Shown here: piece after piece, positions 10,807 to 21,761 of the stretch
How positions within the stretch are numbered: the first letter of the stretch is position 1
Layout of the letters: every line of letters starts with the position of its first letter
Source: an uncultured Verrucomicrobiae bacterium
GTDB lineage: Bacteria; Verrucomicrobiota; Verrucomicrobiia; Chthoniobacterales; UBA10450
Assembly (NCBI GenBank): GCA_963726745.1
Contig: CAVSDR010000007.1
Span: forward strand, 1 to 64,000
Direction: 5' to 3'
Length of the DNA: 64,000 nt
Notes under the pieces: model-generated
Databases searched by the model: none
What the model saw: the letters and a program-made list of their open reading frames with translations, nothing else
What the model was told of the DNA's origin: nothing
Position numbers and translations under genes: made by a program

Positions 10807-10888
10807 AGGGGAAGCTACGAGGCACGCCAGAGAGCGTCAACTTTCGCCACCTTGCTTCGCGGGGCGCGACTCCGTAAGTTGGCCGCGC

Positions 10889-11887
10889 ATGGAAGATCGC
10901 TACGGGCATCGCATCTCCTACCTGCGCGTCTCGATCACCGACCGCTGCAACGAGCGCTGCACTTACTGCATGCCGCAGGAGCTGCAGGAATGGCTCCCGC
11001 GCGAGGGCATCCTGAGCTACGAGGAAATGCTCCGGCTCATTCGGATCGCCGCGCGCCTCGGGGTAAAAAAGGTCCGCGTGACCGGCGGCGAACCGCTGAC
11101 CCGGCGCGACGTGCTCAGTTTTTGCCAGCAACTTGGCGCGATCGAGGGGATCGATGACATCGGTCTTTCGACCAACGGCACTCTCCTGGCGAAAGAGGTG
11201 GAGCCGGGCCGGACCATGGCCGCGGCCTTGCGCGCCGCCGGCGTGCGCACGGTCAACATCTCGCTGGATACGCTCGACCGCGAAGCTTACCGCCTAACGA
11301 CTGGTCGCGATTTCTTCCCGCAGGTGCTCGCAGGCATCGAGGCCGCGCGGGCCGCCGGCTTTCCGCAGATCAAGATCAACTGCGTGCTGATGCGCGGGAA
11401 CGAAGCGCAGCTCGCGCCGATGGTGGACTTCGCGGCCGCGCACGATCTCCTGCTCCGCTTCATCGAGCTCATGCCGGTGAGCACGAACGACGTCCTGAGC
11501 GAGGAGAATTTCCTGCCGGTCGCAAGCGCACGCCGCCAGCTCGAAGAAGTGCATGGCGCGCTCGTGCCGGAGCCGGGTTTCCGCACCAACGGACCCGCGA
11601 GCTACTACCAGGTGCCGGGACGCAGTCAGCGCATTGGTTTCATCGGCGCGATGACCAACCTCCATTTCTGCGAGAGCTGCAACAAGCTCCGCCTGACCTG
11701 CGACGGGAAACTTCGGCCGTGCCTCGGGAGTTACCTCGAGTTCGATATCCTGGAACCGCTGCGCGCCGGCGCAAGCGACGCCGATCTGGAGCGCTTCATT
11801 CTCGACGTGGTCGAGCGCAAGCCGCAGCAGCACGATTTCCGCGACAGCTACCAACCCAACCGGCGCATGGTCGCCATCGGCGGCTAA
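10889..11887 (+). CDS. moaA: GTP 3',8-cyclase
   Basis: YLRVSITDRCNERCTYCMP radical-SAM motif, FCESCNKLRLT..G.LRPCL and C-terminal IGG. Confidence 0.96.
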   Translation: MEDRYGHRISYLRVSITDRCNERCTYCMPQELQEWLPREGILSYEEMLRLIRIAARLGVKKVRVTGGEPLTRRDVLSFCQQLGAIEGIDDIGLSTNGTLLAKEVEPGRTMAAALRAAGVRTVNISLDTLDREAYRLTTGRDFFPQVLAGIEAARAAGFPQIKINCVLMRGNEAQLAPMVDFAAAHDLLLRFIELMPVSTNDVLSEENFLPVASARRQLEEVHGALVPEPGFRTNGPASYYQVPGRSQRIGFIGAMTNLHFCESCNKLRLTCDGKLRPCLGSYLEFDILEPLRAGASDADLERFILDVVERKPQQHDFRDSYQPNRRMVAIGG

Positions 11888-11890
11888 CGA

Positions 11891-12338
11891 ATGGCTCGAG
11901 CTCTCGCACGTGGGCGCCGATGGCAGCGCGCGTATGGTTGATGTCTCGGCCAAGCCGGTGGTCCTGCGCGAAGCCGTGGCCGCCGGCCAGATCGCGCTCC
12001 AGGCGGAGACGATCGCGCTCATTTCAGACAACAAGATCGCCAAGGGCAACGTCTTCGCGACCGCACGGCTCGCGGGCATCCAGGCCGCCAAGCAAACCTC
12101 GCATCTGATCCCGCTCTGCCATGGCTTGAACCTGAGCCATGTCGACGTCGATCTCTCGTTAGGCGACGGGATGGTGGAAGCGAAGTGCACCGCGCGCACC
12201 TCCGCGCAGACCGGCGTGGAAATGGAGGCGCTCACCGGGGTGGCCCTGGCCCTCTTGACGATTTACGACATGTGCAAAGCGGTGGACAAAACCATGGAAA
12301 TCTCCGACATCCGTTTGCTCTCGAAGAAGAAGAGCTAA
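11891..12338 (+). CDS. moaC: Cyclic pyranopterin monophosphate synthase (frameshift near 11897)
   Basis: ARMVDVSAK, LIPLCH, TGVEMEALT and IYDMCKAVDK. ATG 11891 gives MAELSHVG if one base is removed. Confidence 0.95.
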
Positions 12339-12342
12339 ACGC

Positions 12343-12826
12343 ATGGCCATCACTGTCGGCATCATCACCATCTCCGATCGCGCTTCCGCCGGGCAATACG
12401 ACGACCTGGGCGGTCCCGCGGTCCGCGCTGCGGCTGAGCAATACGGCTGGGTCGTGCAGGGCGAAGCGGTCATTCCCGATGAGCTGGGGAAAATCAAGAC
12501 CACCATCCGCGCCTTCAGCGCGCAGGGCTGCGGCTTGATCCTGACCACCGGCGGCACCGGGATCGCCGCGCGCGATTTCACCCCGGAGGCGATCCGCGAA
12601 ATCATGCGCGTGGAGCTGCCCGGGTTTGGCGAAGCGATGCGGATGCGCTCGCTCGAGCTCACGCCGAACGCGATCCTTTCCCGCAGCCTGGCCGCCGTGG
12701 TCGACCAGTCGTTAGTCATCGCTCTGCCCGGGCAAGCCGAGCGGCGCGGTCGAGTGCCTCGGCTTTGTCGCCGGCGCGATCCCGCACGCGGTCAAGCTCG
12801 CCCAGCGCGTCCCGACCTCCTGCTAG
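12343..12826 (+). CDS. mog: Molybdopterin adenylyltransferase MogA/MoaB family (frameshift near 12732)
   Basis: ITISDRAS, LILTTGGTG..RDFTPEA and PGFGEAMR. The corrected frame continues LPGKPSGAVECL...PTSC* at 12826. Confidence 0.9.
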
Positions 12827-13575
12827 ATGGTCACGACCGTGAGCTCGGGCCGGCAGTTGATGCGAAAGGGATAACGATAGGTGCCGATGCCGGCATTGAC
12901 GTAAAGCGGCCCGCCTCCCGACTGGAAAAATCCGAGGTCATACGGCCCCACACCCCACGGCAAAAAGAGCGCGCCATAGAATGGCAGCCGCACCTGTCCA
13001 CCGTGCGAGTGCCCGGAGAGGATCAGGTCGAAGCGCTGGCCGCGAAGTTCATCGGCCATCGCCGGGTAATGATTTAGCAGCACGCGCGTCCCGGCTTGCG
13101 GCGCGCGCAGCGCGTGGATGCCGATCAAGGCCATGCCTACGAGTTCGAGGTCGTATTTCGGCAGGACGAGGCTGCGATCGACCAGCCAGGCGCCGCCGGT
13201 TTCGCTAAAGGCGCGCTCGTAGTCCTCGAAGGATGCGCCGCACCAGTAATCGTGATTTCCCGGCGCGCCGTAGACCGGCACTTTGATCTGGCGGATAAAA
13301 TCGAGCGCCGCAGAGGCGTAGCTTTTATCCTCGATCAAGTCGCCGGTAAAGATCGCGAACTCCACCTCCAGGCGGTTGATCGCGCTGACTAATTCTCTCG
13401 CATAAGCCTCGTCACCCTTGAAGTGAAAGTCGGTAAAGTGCACGAAGCGCCGCGTCCCTTGCGCATTCAGCGGCAGCCGTGTGACCCGTAGCGAAGTCGT
13501 TTCCCAGAAAGCATCCGCCGCGACCGCAGCCGGCAAGCTCAGCCCGGCGAGCGCGAGGAATTTCCGCCGCGTCAT
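12823..13575 (-). CDS. Calcineurin-like metallophosphoesterase (YkuE-like), possible Tat signal
   Basis: FTDFH, FTGDLI, GNHD, LSGHSHGGQV; N-terminal MTRRKFL. Confidence 0.9.
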   Translation of the reverse strand: MTRRKFLALAGLSLPAAVAADAFWETTSLRVTRLPLNAQGTRRFVHFTDFHFKGDEAYARELVSAINRLEVEFAIFTGDLIEDKSYASAALDFIRQIKVPVYGAPGNHDYWCGASFEDYERAFSETGGAWLVDRSLVLPKYDLELVGMALIGIHALRAPQAGTRVLLNHYPAMADELRGQRFDLILSGHSHGGQVRLPFYGALFLPWGVGPYDLGFFQSGGGPLYVNAGIGTYRYPFRINCRPELTVVTI

Positions 13576-14619
13576 CACTCCGGCCAAACCAGCAGGCGCA
13601 TGAGCCGCTCGCCGCTTTCGCTCAGGCGAGCATTGCCCGAGGTGCCCGCGAGGACTCCGCGCGAAAGATTGCCGAGATCGCCACGCGCGGACTTCACGTA
13701 GGCCAACATCGGCGCGCTCACCGCGGTGGCCTCCGGCTCGACCTTGAGCGGATTGCCGGCGCGATTGAACGAGACCAGCCAGGCCGCGGGCGCCGGGCTC
13801 GCGGCGGCGCCGCGCAGGAGCCAAGGGTAACGCTCCGGCAGATCGAAGCTGCGGGTCGCAGGCAGCCGCACCTTGTAGAACGTCTCTGCGCGCGCGAGGA
13901 AATCAGGAATCGTTAGGCCGGGTTGCTTGCGCAGTGCGAGAAAGAACTCCGCAACGTCGATGCCCGAATAGGTTGATCCCATTGTAAATGCCATGCCGGT
14001 TCGGGTCGTTCTTGTTGAAGGCGTCATACCACGACTCGAAGTGCCGGCTGAGCAGGAGATTGAGTTCGAGGTGAAGGTGAGCGCGAGCGCGATCGAGTCC
14101 GTCGCCGGTGTGACCCATGATCCCGAGCGTTTGGCCACGCGCGAGCTGCTGGCCCACGCTCACCGCGACCGAGGCGAGATGGCCGTAGAGGCTGTAATAG
14201 TTGCTGCCATCCCAGCGATGTTCCACGACCACGTAGCGTCCGTAATTCGACGCGCCCGCGGCCAGGTTCACATGGACCACTTTCCCCTCGGCGATCGCAT
14301 GCACCGCATCCGTCGGCTCACCGGCCGCGTCGCGACCGACCGGGCGAATGTCGATCCCTTCGTGAAAGCGCGTGTAAACCAGGCCGCCGGAGGTCGGCAC
14401 GGGATTGCGGACAAAGCCGTATTGCCCGCCCTGCCACGGGGTCGACTTCACGCCCTGGAAATCGCGCGTGATGTATTGGTAGAAAGCCGCGCCGCCGCCG
14501 TGAAAAAGCGCGTCGTTTTCCGTCGGGAGGACAAGGTCAAGCCGCGCGGCGTCCTGCGCCCGCGAGAGCGCCGGCAAAACAGACAGCAGGATGCAAAAAA
14601 CGGTCGTCGCCCGGCGCAT
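13575..14619 (-). CDS. M23 family metallopeptidase (frameshift near 13964)
   Basis: FHEGIDI, YSLYGHL and AHLHLE motifs plus a signal peptide; continues into ORF 13575-14138. Confidence 0.88.
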
Positions 14620-14622
14620 GCC

Positions 14623-15765
14623 CTACGGTAGCGCGCCTCCCGCGTCCGCAACCGCGATGATCACCTTCCCGCGCGCGTGACCCTGCTCCAGGTAGCGGAT
14701 CGCCGCCGCAGTTTCGGCGAGCGGATAGGTTCGGTCGATCACCGGGGTGAGCTTCCCGGCTTGCGCGAAATCAGCCAGCGTCTTCAAGTCGGCCGCATTC
14801 ATGTCGGCCATGAACATGCCGAGGTCTTGCTTTACGAAGGGCGAAACTACCAGCGCCTTGAGCGCACCCAGGAGCGGGCCAATCCAATGCCCCGCGTCCG
14901 GCCCGCCCGCGCCGATGATGAGCAGCTGACCTTTTGGCGTAAGCAGACGCCGGCTTTCGAGCACGCCGAGGTTGCCGACTAAATCGAGGATCAGATCGTA
15001 ATGCTGCCCGCTCGCCCGGACGTCGCCCTTGGTGTAGTCGACCACCTGGTCGGCCCCGAGCTTCAGCACCATCTCCACGTTGCGCGTGCTGCAGACGCCC
15101 GTGACGACGCCGCCGAAATCTTTTGCGAGCTGGACCGCGAGCGTCCCGACGCCGCCGGATGCGCCATTGATCAAGACCCGCTGCCCGGCCTGCAATTTCC
15201 CATGGCCGCGCAGCGCCTGCAGCGCGGTCACGCCCGCGATCGGGAGCCCGGCGGCCTGCGCGAAACTCAACGCCGGCGGCTTCAGCGCGAGTCCGCCCTC
15301 CGCGCGCACGACCTGGTATTCCGCGAAGGCACCGGTGCGATTGCCGAAGACCTCGTCGCCCGGTTTAAAGCGGGTCACGTTGCGCCCGACCGCCTCGATC
15401 ACGCCGGCAAAATCTCCGCCGATCCGGGTGACCTTTGGTACGCGCAGGCCGGCGTCCAAGCGCAGGATGTAAGGACTGCCGCGCATGAAATGCCAGTCGT
15501 AAGGATTAACCGAAGCGGCGTGCACTTTCACCAGGACCTGGTCGTCGTTAGGCACCGGTTTGGCGATACGTTCCAGCCGCAGGACAGAGGCATCGCCATA
15601 CTGGCAGTAGACGATGGCGTTCATCGTCGGGCCGGAGACGGCGACGTTTTTCCCGCAGTCGTTCGTCGACCGCCAGTAACCGATGCCGATGGCTGCGGCC
15701 GCAAGGAGGATGAGCAATAGGAGGCCGATGGCGGCCCATTTCACGAGGCGTTGCAGGATTTTCAT
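14623..15765 (-). CDS. NAD(P)-dependent alcohol dehydrogenase / quinone oxidoreductase (MDR family)
   Basis: VHAASVNPYD, VLINGASGGVG and HARGKVII; N-terminal transmembrane segment. Confidence 0.9.
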   Translation of the reverse strand: MKILQRLVKWAAIGLLLLILLAAAAIGIGYWRSTNDCGKNVAVSGPTMNAIVYCQYGDASVLRLERIAKPVPNDDQVLVKVHAASVNPYDWHFMRGSPYILRLDAGLRVPKVTRIGGDFAGVIEAVGRNVTRFKPGDEVFGNRTGAFAEYQVVRAEGGLALKPPALSFAQAAGLPIAGVTALQALRGHGKLQAGQRVLINGASGGVGTLAVQLAKDFGGVVTGVCSTRNVEMVLKLGADQVVDYTKGDVRASGQHYDLILDLVGNLGVLESRRLLTPKGQLLIIGAGGPDAGHWIGPLLGALKALVVSPFVKQDLGMFMADMNAADLKTLADFAQAGKLTPVIDRTYPLAETAAAIRYLEQGHARGKVIIAVADAGGALP

Positions 15766-15834
15766 GTGTGCTCTTGAGGGGAGCCCACTCCTATCAGGCC
15801 GAAGGCGGCGTGCGGAGCGAAATCCTCGAGGCAG

Positions 15835-16302
15835 TTATTTCTTCCGCTCGCCCAGGACCGGCCAGCTCTTCCGCATCAGCGCGATGTCGGCTAACGAGAG
15901 GCCAGAAGCGAGGTAAAGGCGCCCATCGGAAACGCGGCGATCGATCTGCAATTCCGCGGTCGGCTTTCCGTTCACGAAGACGTAGAGGAAAGTGCCGCGC
16001 TTCTCCACGCTCAAGGTATCGAGCGCGAGCTTGCCGTGATCGTTCAAGACCAGAAGCACGCCGTAAGTGTCGTCCGGCGCCTGGTAGACACGGAAGCCGG
16101 CGACGTCGTTCTCGGAGATGGTGGGGATTTTCTCGATCACGACTCTCTTGCCGGTAACCCCGGAGGTGAACTGACTGGAGAAGACGTCGCTGTCGTGCGC
16201 ATTCGCCTGCACGTGGGCCCGCACGGTGGCCTTCGGTTTGCCCGCGGGCGCCGGGGTCGGCAGGAGCAGGGCGAGAAAAAGAACGCAGGCCACGCGCCGC
16301 AT
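15835..16302 (-). CDS. Hypothetical secreted protein
   Basis: ATG 16302, signal peptide MRRVACVLFLALLLPTPAPA, coding-like codon usage. Confidence 0.75.
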   Translation of the reverse strand: MRRVACVLFLALLLPTPAPAGKPKATVRAHVQANAHDSDVFSSQFTSGVTGKRVVIEKIPTISENDVAGFRVYQAPDDTYGVLLVLNDHGKLALDTLSVEKRGTFLYVFVNGKPTAELQIDRRVSDGRLYLASGLSLADIALMRKSWPVLGERKK

Positions 16303-16356
16303 GTGCGATTGATAAAGGGTTTGACTCCTTTTGCAAGAATCGCTGATTACCGCCTC

Positions 16357-16878
16357 ATGACGCGCGCGCTCCTGCCGTTGCTGCTGCTCTCCGCGCTGGG
16401 CACCAGCACCCTGGCCGAGGAACCGGAGCGCGCCCAGCGCCGCGGCTGGCTGGGCCGGTTGCTGCATCCCTTCACCGCGCCGCCTGCGCCGGAATACCAG
16501 GACCCGCGGCTGCGCGGCCTGGTGCTCACGGTCTCGATCTCGCCGCAGCCGGTGAAGCTCTCCGAGGTGCGGCAGATGGAGGTGAAGATTCGCCTAACGA
16601 ACAAAGCGAAACGCCCGATCACGCTCGAGTTCCCCGATACCCAACGCTTCGAGATTTTCCTGCGCGACCCGAACGAAAAAATCCTCACGAGCTACACCGA
16701 GAATCACGCCTTCACCGAGGACCCGGGCCGGGTGATGATCAACCCCGACGAGCACATTCAATACGACGAAACCATCGCCACGCGTGAGCTGACCCCGAAC
16801 AAGGTTTTCCTCGTCGAAGTCTCCTTTCCGCAATACCCCGACCTGCGCCTGCGGCATAAATTTCGCACCGCGCCGTGA
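16357..16878 (+). CDS. Secreted protein with BsuPI (intracellular proteinase inhibitor)-like domain
   Basis: Signal peptide; LTNKAKRPITLEFPDTQRFEIFLRD...FTED resembles the BsuPI pattern. Confidence 0.65.
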   Translation: MTRALLPLLLLSALGTSTLAEEPERAQRRGWLGRLLHPFTAPPAPEYQDPRLRGLVLTVSISPQPVKLSEVRQMEVKIRLTNKAKRPITLEFPDTQRFEIFLRDPNEKILTSYTENHAFTEDPGRVMINPDEHIQYDETIATRELTPNKVFLVEVSFPQYPDLRLRHKFRTAP

Positions 16879-17663
16879 GCCGGCTTTTCTCCGATTACCA
16901 CTCGCATCCGCAGGGGCACCGGGTGCAGCCTTATACGCAGGAATTGCTCCAACCGTGGGTTGACTCCGCGCGCGCCCGAGGGCTGACCGACATCGCTTTT
17001 ACCGATCACGATCGCTACCACGCAGGCATCCGCCTGGATGAAATCGACCGCCTGCGCGAGGCCAACCCGGACATCAAAATCCGCGCCGGGATTGAGCTCG
17101 ATAACGACCCGACCCATTCGGCCGCGGGCCGAAAATGGATCGAGCAAAACTGGGAGCGGCTCGATTTCGTCCTCGGCTCGGTCCATTACCTCGAAGAGCC
17201 TAACGAGATGTTCGACACCGTGCCCACGGGCGCGGGACAATTTGCCGGCAAAATAGTCGACGAGATCTACGCCGATTACTTTCGCCGGGTGCGCGAGATG
17301 GCGGCGAGCGGGCTGGTCGATTGCCTGGCGCATTTCGACCTGGTGAAGATCCACGGCCACCGGCCGGAGGGCGACGTGGGCGCCCTCGCGGCGGAGACAC
17401 TCGACTTCATCGCCGCGCGCGGGCTTTGCCTCGAGCTCTCGACCGCCGGCTGGCGCAAGCCGGTCAACGAACTCTACCCCTCGGATGCACTCATCGAGCT
17501 GGCGCTGGCCCGGGGCATCGGCCTAACGACTGCTTCCGACGCGCATTCGCATGTGCAACTGGCGGAGAACTACGAGCGTTTAGCCAGCAAGATGACGGCG
17601 CTCGGGATCGGCGAAGTTTGCGTTTTCGAGCGGCACCAAAAGTCGCTGCAGCCGCTGGCGTAA
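16875..17663 (+). CDS. PHP-family histidinol-phosphatase (HisJ/HisK-like)
   Basis: DYHSH, FTDHD, GIELD, DFVLGSVHY, LAHFDLVK and SDAH motifs. Confidence 0.88.
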   Translation: MSRLFSDYHSHPQGHRVQPYTQELLQPWVDSARARGLTDIAFTDHDRYHAGIRLDEIDRLREANPDIKIRAGIELDNDPTHSAAGRKWIEQNWERLDFVLGSVHYLEEPNEMFDTVPTGAGQFAGKIVDEIYADYFRRVREMAASGLVDCLAHFDLVKIHGHRPEGDVGALAAETLDFIAARGLCLELSTAGWRKPVNELYPSDALIELALARGIGLTTASDAHSHVQLAENYERLASKMTALGIGEVCVFERHQKSLQPLA

Positions 17664-17697
17664 CGCATCGCCGTGGCTCAGGCGACGGCGCGGAGCT

Positions 17698-18009
17698 TTA
17701 CAGGCCCAGCCCGGAAACGCCGAGGCCGCCGGTAATTTTCGCCATCTCGGAGGAGCCGAGCTCCTTGGCTTGCTCGATCGCCTGCTTCACTCCGCTGAGG
17801 ACCGCTTCTTCGAGAAACTCCACGTCTTCCGGGTCGACGATGGCCTTGTCGATCTTGATCGAGACGACGTCGCCGGCACCGTTCGCGACCACCGTGACTT
17901 TGCCGCCCGCGGCCGAGACCTCGACGGTTTTGTCTTCCAGCTCAGCCTGCGTTTTCTGCATCTGCTCCTGCATCTTCTGCGCCTGCTTCATCAACTTGTT
18001 TAGATTCAT
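17698..18009 (-). CDS. ybaB: YbaB/EbfC nucleoid-associated protein
   Basis: MNLNKLMKQAQKMQEQM...GGKVTVVANG...IVDPEDVEFLE; directly downstream of dnaX. Confidence 0.95.
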   Translation of the reverse strand: MNLNKLMKQAQKMQEQMQKTQAELEDKTVEVSAAGGKVTVVANGAGDVVSIKIDKAIVDPEDVEFLEEAVLSGVKQAIEQAKELGSSEMAKITGGLGVSGLGL

Positions 18010-18015
18010 GGGTCG

Positions 18016-19724
18016 TTAGTCGGTTACGGGTTTGATTTCGCCTTTGAAAATTTCCAGCGCTTCGCGAATGAGCGGATCGTCTTTGAAGGTGGCCGAATTC
18101 TCGGCCGGGCTCTTCGGTTTCTCCACCGGCGGCGGTTCCGGCGCGGCGGGCGGCGCCGCCACCACGAGGCCTTCCTTAAGGGAAAATTTCAAGCTCCAAT
18201 CGCGGCCGCTGATCTCCTTGACCAGCGCCTCGAGGAAATCGCGCATCTTCGGCGTCGCCAGCGAATCCATCGCGCTCTTCTCCTCCGGCGGAAAGCCGAT
18301 CAAGAGGGCGCGGCCCTCCTGCGCGAGGAGCTTCGAGGAAGCCACCCAGGATTGAATCAAGGGCCGGCGCAGCCGCACCTGCGCGACTACTTTTTCCCAA
18401 AGTTCCGCGGGCTCGAGCGCCGCCGGTGCCTCCTCTGCCGCCGGCTTTTCCTCGACGCGCGGAGCCTTCGGCGCAGCAGCTGGCGGGGCGGCGGAAATAG
18501 CCGGCAATTTGGACGCGGCCGGCTTGGCGGCGGCCACCGGTTTCGCCGCCGGCTTTTTCGCGGGTGGAGGATTGCCGGCCGGCTGGCCCTCGCGCAAGGC
18601 CGAGAGATCGGCGATGACATCGTTCAAGGTCACCTGCGCGAGCGTCTGGATGGCCTTGATCACCGCGACCTCGAAATGCAGGCGCTTGTTCGGCGCCCAT
18701 TTCATCCGGCCCTCGGCGCCGGCGAATTGATCGATCAATTCCAGCAGCCGATCGGTCTCGATCGCGGCCGATTGTTCCTCGAGCGCGCTCCGCAGTTCGG
18801 GATTCAGATCTTCCGCAACCGCCTCCGGCTTCACTTGGAAAACGAGCAGGTCGCGCAGGTAGGCGATCAGGTCGGACATGAGCTTCATCATGTCTTTCCC
18901 GTTTTCCGCTTCGGCCTGGAGCAAGCCCGAGCGCCTCCGCCGTTTCGCCGCCGAGAATCTTCGCGGTGAAGTCCGCCACCGTCTGCTCGCTGGTGAAACC
19001 GAAAACGCTGAGCACATCCTGCTCGGCGATTTTCTCGCCGCAGAACGCGACCAGCTGGTCGAGCATCGACTCGGCATCGCGCAGGCCGCCATCGGCGCCC
19101 TTGGCAATCGCGTGGGCCGCAGCCGGCTCGAGCGTCACCTTTTCGTTCGTCGCGATGTATTGCAGGTGATCGGCGATCAGGTTCGCGGGAATGCGATGGA
19201 GATCGAAGCGCTGGCAGCGGCTGAGAATGGTCGGCAGAACTTTCTGCGGCTCGGTCGTGGCGAAGATGAACTTCACGTGCGGCGGCGGCTCCTCGAGCGT
19301 TTTTAGCAGCGCATTGAACGCCGCCGAGGTGAGCATGTGCACCTCGTCGATGATGTAGATCTTGAAGTGCCCCTTGCTCGGCGCGTAGCGCACGTTGTCC
19401 CGCAGCTCGCGCACCTGCTCGACGCCGTTGTTGCTCGCGCCATCGATTTCGAGCACGTCGAGGCTGTTGCCCTGGGTGATTTCCTTGCAGGAATCGCAGA
19501 CGCCGCACGGGCGTGATCGTCGGGCCGTGGACGCAGTTGAGCGCTTTCGCGAGGATGCGCGCGGTCGAGGTTTTCCCGATGCCGCGCGGGCCGACGAAAA
19601 GGTAAGCGTGCGCGAGGCGGTTTTGCTCGACCGCGTTCTTCAAGGTGCGGGTGACATGGCCCTGCCCCACGAGGTCGTCGAAAGTCTGCGGACGATATTT
19701 TCGCGCGAAAACCTGGTAGCTCAC
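18016..19724 (-). CDS. dnaX: DNA polymerase III subunit gamma/tau (frameshifts near 19510 and 18925)
   Basis: [44 protein letters not shown] and LLKTLEEPP across three ORF pieces. Confidence 0.96.
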
Positions 19725-19814
19725 GTCGGAACTTTAATCGGCGAAATGCGCAGGGAAAGCTCAGCCTTGAAAAGTTGGACGGCCCGCGCGGATCGTCCGA
19801 CGTTCCCACTCTGC

Positions 19815-21010
19815 ATGAAGCCTCTCCGTTGCATCTCGCTGCTTATTTTCGGCTCTGCACCGTCTCCGCGCTCGCGCGCGAACCGCAGACCGCGCCGCCA
19901 CCGCAGGCCCACGTCCGCGCGCGCGCGCTCGGGATCCCTTTTGACGGCACGCCCGGTCCGCTCAATGCGCTCACCGATGTCGCCGGTGTGACCGTGGGCT
20001 TTACCACTTTGATCGAGGGCGAAGGCAAACTCGTGGTCGGGGAAGGCCCGGTGCGCACCGGCGTGACCGCGATTTTGCCGCGCGGCGAAAAATCCTTCGA
20101 CGACCCGGTCTATGCGGCCGCCTTTAGCCTGAACGGCAATGGCGAAATGACCGGCACCGCCTGGTTGGAGGAAGGCGGATTTCTCGAAGGGCCGGTCGTC
20201 ATCACGAACACGCACAGCGTGGGCGTGGCGCGCGACGCCACGATCAAATGGCGCATCTCCAAGGGCGGTCCCGACCCGACCGGATTCCTCTGGAGCCTGC
20301 CGGTCGTGGCCGAGACTTGGGACGGCTACTTGAATGACATCAACGGCTTCCACGTGAAACCCGAGCACGTCTTCCACGCGCTCGATTCCGCGAAGGGCGG
20401 CCCGATTGCCGAAGGCAGCGTCGGCGGCGGGACCGGGATGATTGCCTACGAGTTCAAAGGCGGCACCGGCACGGCCTCGCGCGTGATCGCGACCAAGGAA
20501 CGCGCCTTCACCATCGGCGTGCTCGTGCAGGCCAATTGCGGACGCCGCCCGCAGCTCACCATCGCCGGCGTGCCCGTGGGCCGTGAGCTCACCGCGAACC
20601 AGGTCTTCAGCCGCGAAAACGGCTCGATCATCATCGTGGTGGCCACGGACGCGCCGCTGCTGCCGCATCAATTGAAACGCCTCGCGCGCCGCGCCTCGTT
20701 AGGCCTGGCCCGCACCGGGAGCGTCTCGGGGAATGGCTCTGGCGATCTATTCCTCGCCTTCTCCACCGCGAACCGCGGGGCCGCCGATCCCGCGCAGCCG
20801 ACGCATTCCGTGGAAACGATTCCCAACGACCGGCTCGACCCGTTCTTCACCGGCACGGTCGAAGCGGTGGAGGAAGCGATCGTGAACGCGCTCGTGGCCA
20901 ATCAAGCCATGACCGGCCGCGACGATCACCACGTCGACGCCCTCCCGCACGAACGCCTGCGCGAGGTTTTGCAAAAGTATCACCGCCTGAACTCGTCGCC
21001 TAACGAGTAA
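19815..21010 (+). CDS. P1/S58 family peptidase (DmpA-like aminopeptidase), secreted; frameshift near 19850
   Basis: GPLNALTDVAGVTVG, EGSVGGGTGM, GSIIIVVATDAPL and GSGDLFLAFST. ATG 19815 gives a signal peptide after a 1-base correction. Confidence 0.9.
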
Positions 21011-21032
21011 ACTCGACAGGCGCCGCGGCGCT

Positions 21033-21710
21033 CTAAGCGTCGTCGCCTAACAAGTCTGGACGATTTTCCTGCGTGCGGCGGCGCGCTTCGCCCGCACGCC
21101 ACCGGGCGATTTCGCCATGGTTTCCGCCTAACAAGACCTCCGGCACCTTCCAGCCGCGGAACTCGGCCGGCCGGGTGTATTGCGGGGCCTCGAGCAGGCC
21201 GTGCGAGAAGCTTTCCTCCGCGGCCGAGAGCTCGTGCCCGAGCACACCCGGGAGCAACCGCACGACCGCATCCACGATCACGACCGCGGCGATCGCGCCG
21301 TTCGTGAGCACGTAATCGCCGAGGGAAATTTCCGCGTCGACCAGATGCTCGGTCACGCGATGGTCGATGCCCTCGTAGTGCCCGCAGATGAGGATGAGGT
21401 GGGTTTCGCGCGAAAAATCCTGCGCAAGTTGCTGGCTAAATCTTTGCCCCTGCGGCGTGGTCAGGAGGACCTTGCTCGTCTCGGTGCGGAGCGATTCGAC
21501 CGCGGCGAAAATCGGCTCCGGTTTCAGCACCATCCCCTGCCCGCCGCCGAAGGGCGCGTCGTCGACAATGCGATGCTTGTCCGTGGTCCAATCGCGCAGG
21601 TTGTGAATTTCGAGCTCGAGCTGGCCGGCGGCCTGCGCGCGTTTCATCATGCTTTCGCCCAAGGGCGCGCGACAGATTTCCGGGAAGAGCGTGAGGATGT
21701 CGATCCGCAT
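21033..21710 (-). CDS. trmD: tRNA (guanine37-N1)-methyltransferase
   Basis: IDILTLFPE, VDDAPFGGGQGM, CGHYEGID, EISLGDYVLTNG and LLEAPQYTRP. Confidence 0.97.
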   Translation of the reverse strand: MRIDILTLFPEICRAPLGESMMKRAQAAGQLELEIHNLRDWTTDKHRIVDDAPFGGGQGMVLKPEPIFAAVESLRTETSKVLLTTPQGQRFSQQLAQDFSRETHLILICGHYEGIDHRVTEHLVDAEISLGDYVLTNGAIAAVVIVDAVVRLLPGVLGHELSAAEESFSHGLLEAPQYTRPAEFRGWKVPEVLLGGNHGEIARWRAGEARRRTQENRPDLLGDDA

Positions 21711-21761
21711 GGTGCGCCGGCATTCTAGCGCGGCGAGGGCCGGAGGCGAACCGCGAGAACA

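Noticed and set aside
10807..10888. Moco riboswitch before moaA
   Set aside because: The divergent gap is only about 80 bp with no recognisable structure.
18016..19724. Programmed dnaX gamma/tau frameshift
   Set aside because: Both shifts fall inside the conserved clamp-loader core (one in the Zn-finger region), and neither has an A-run slippery site.
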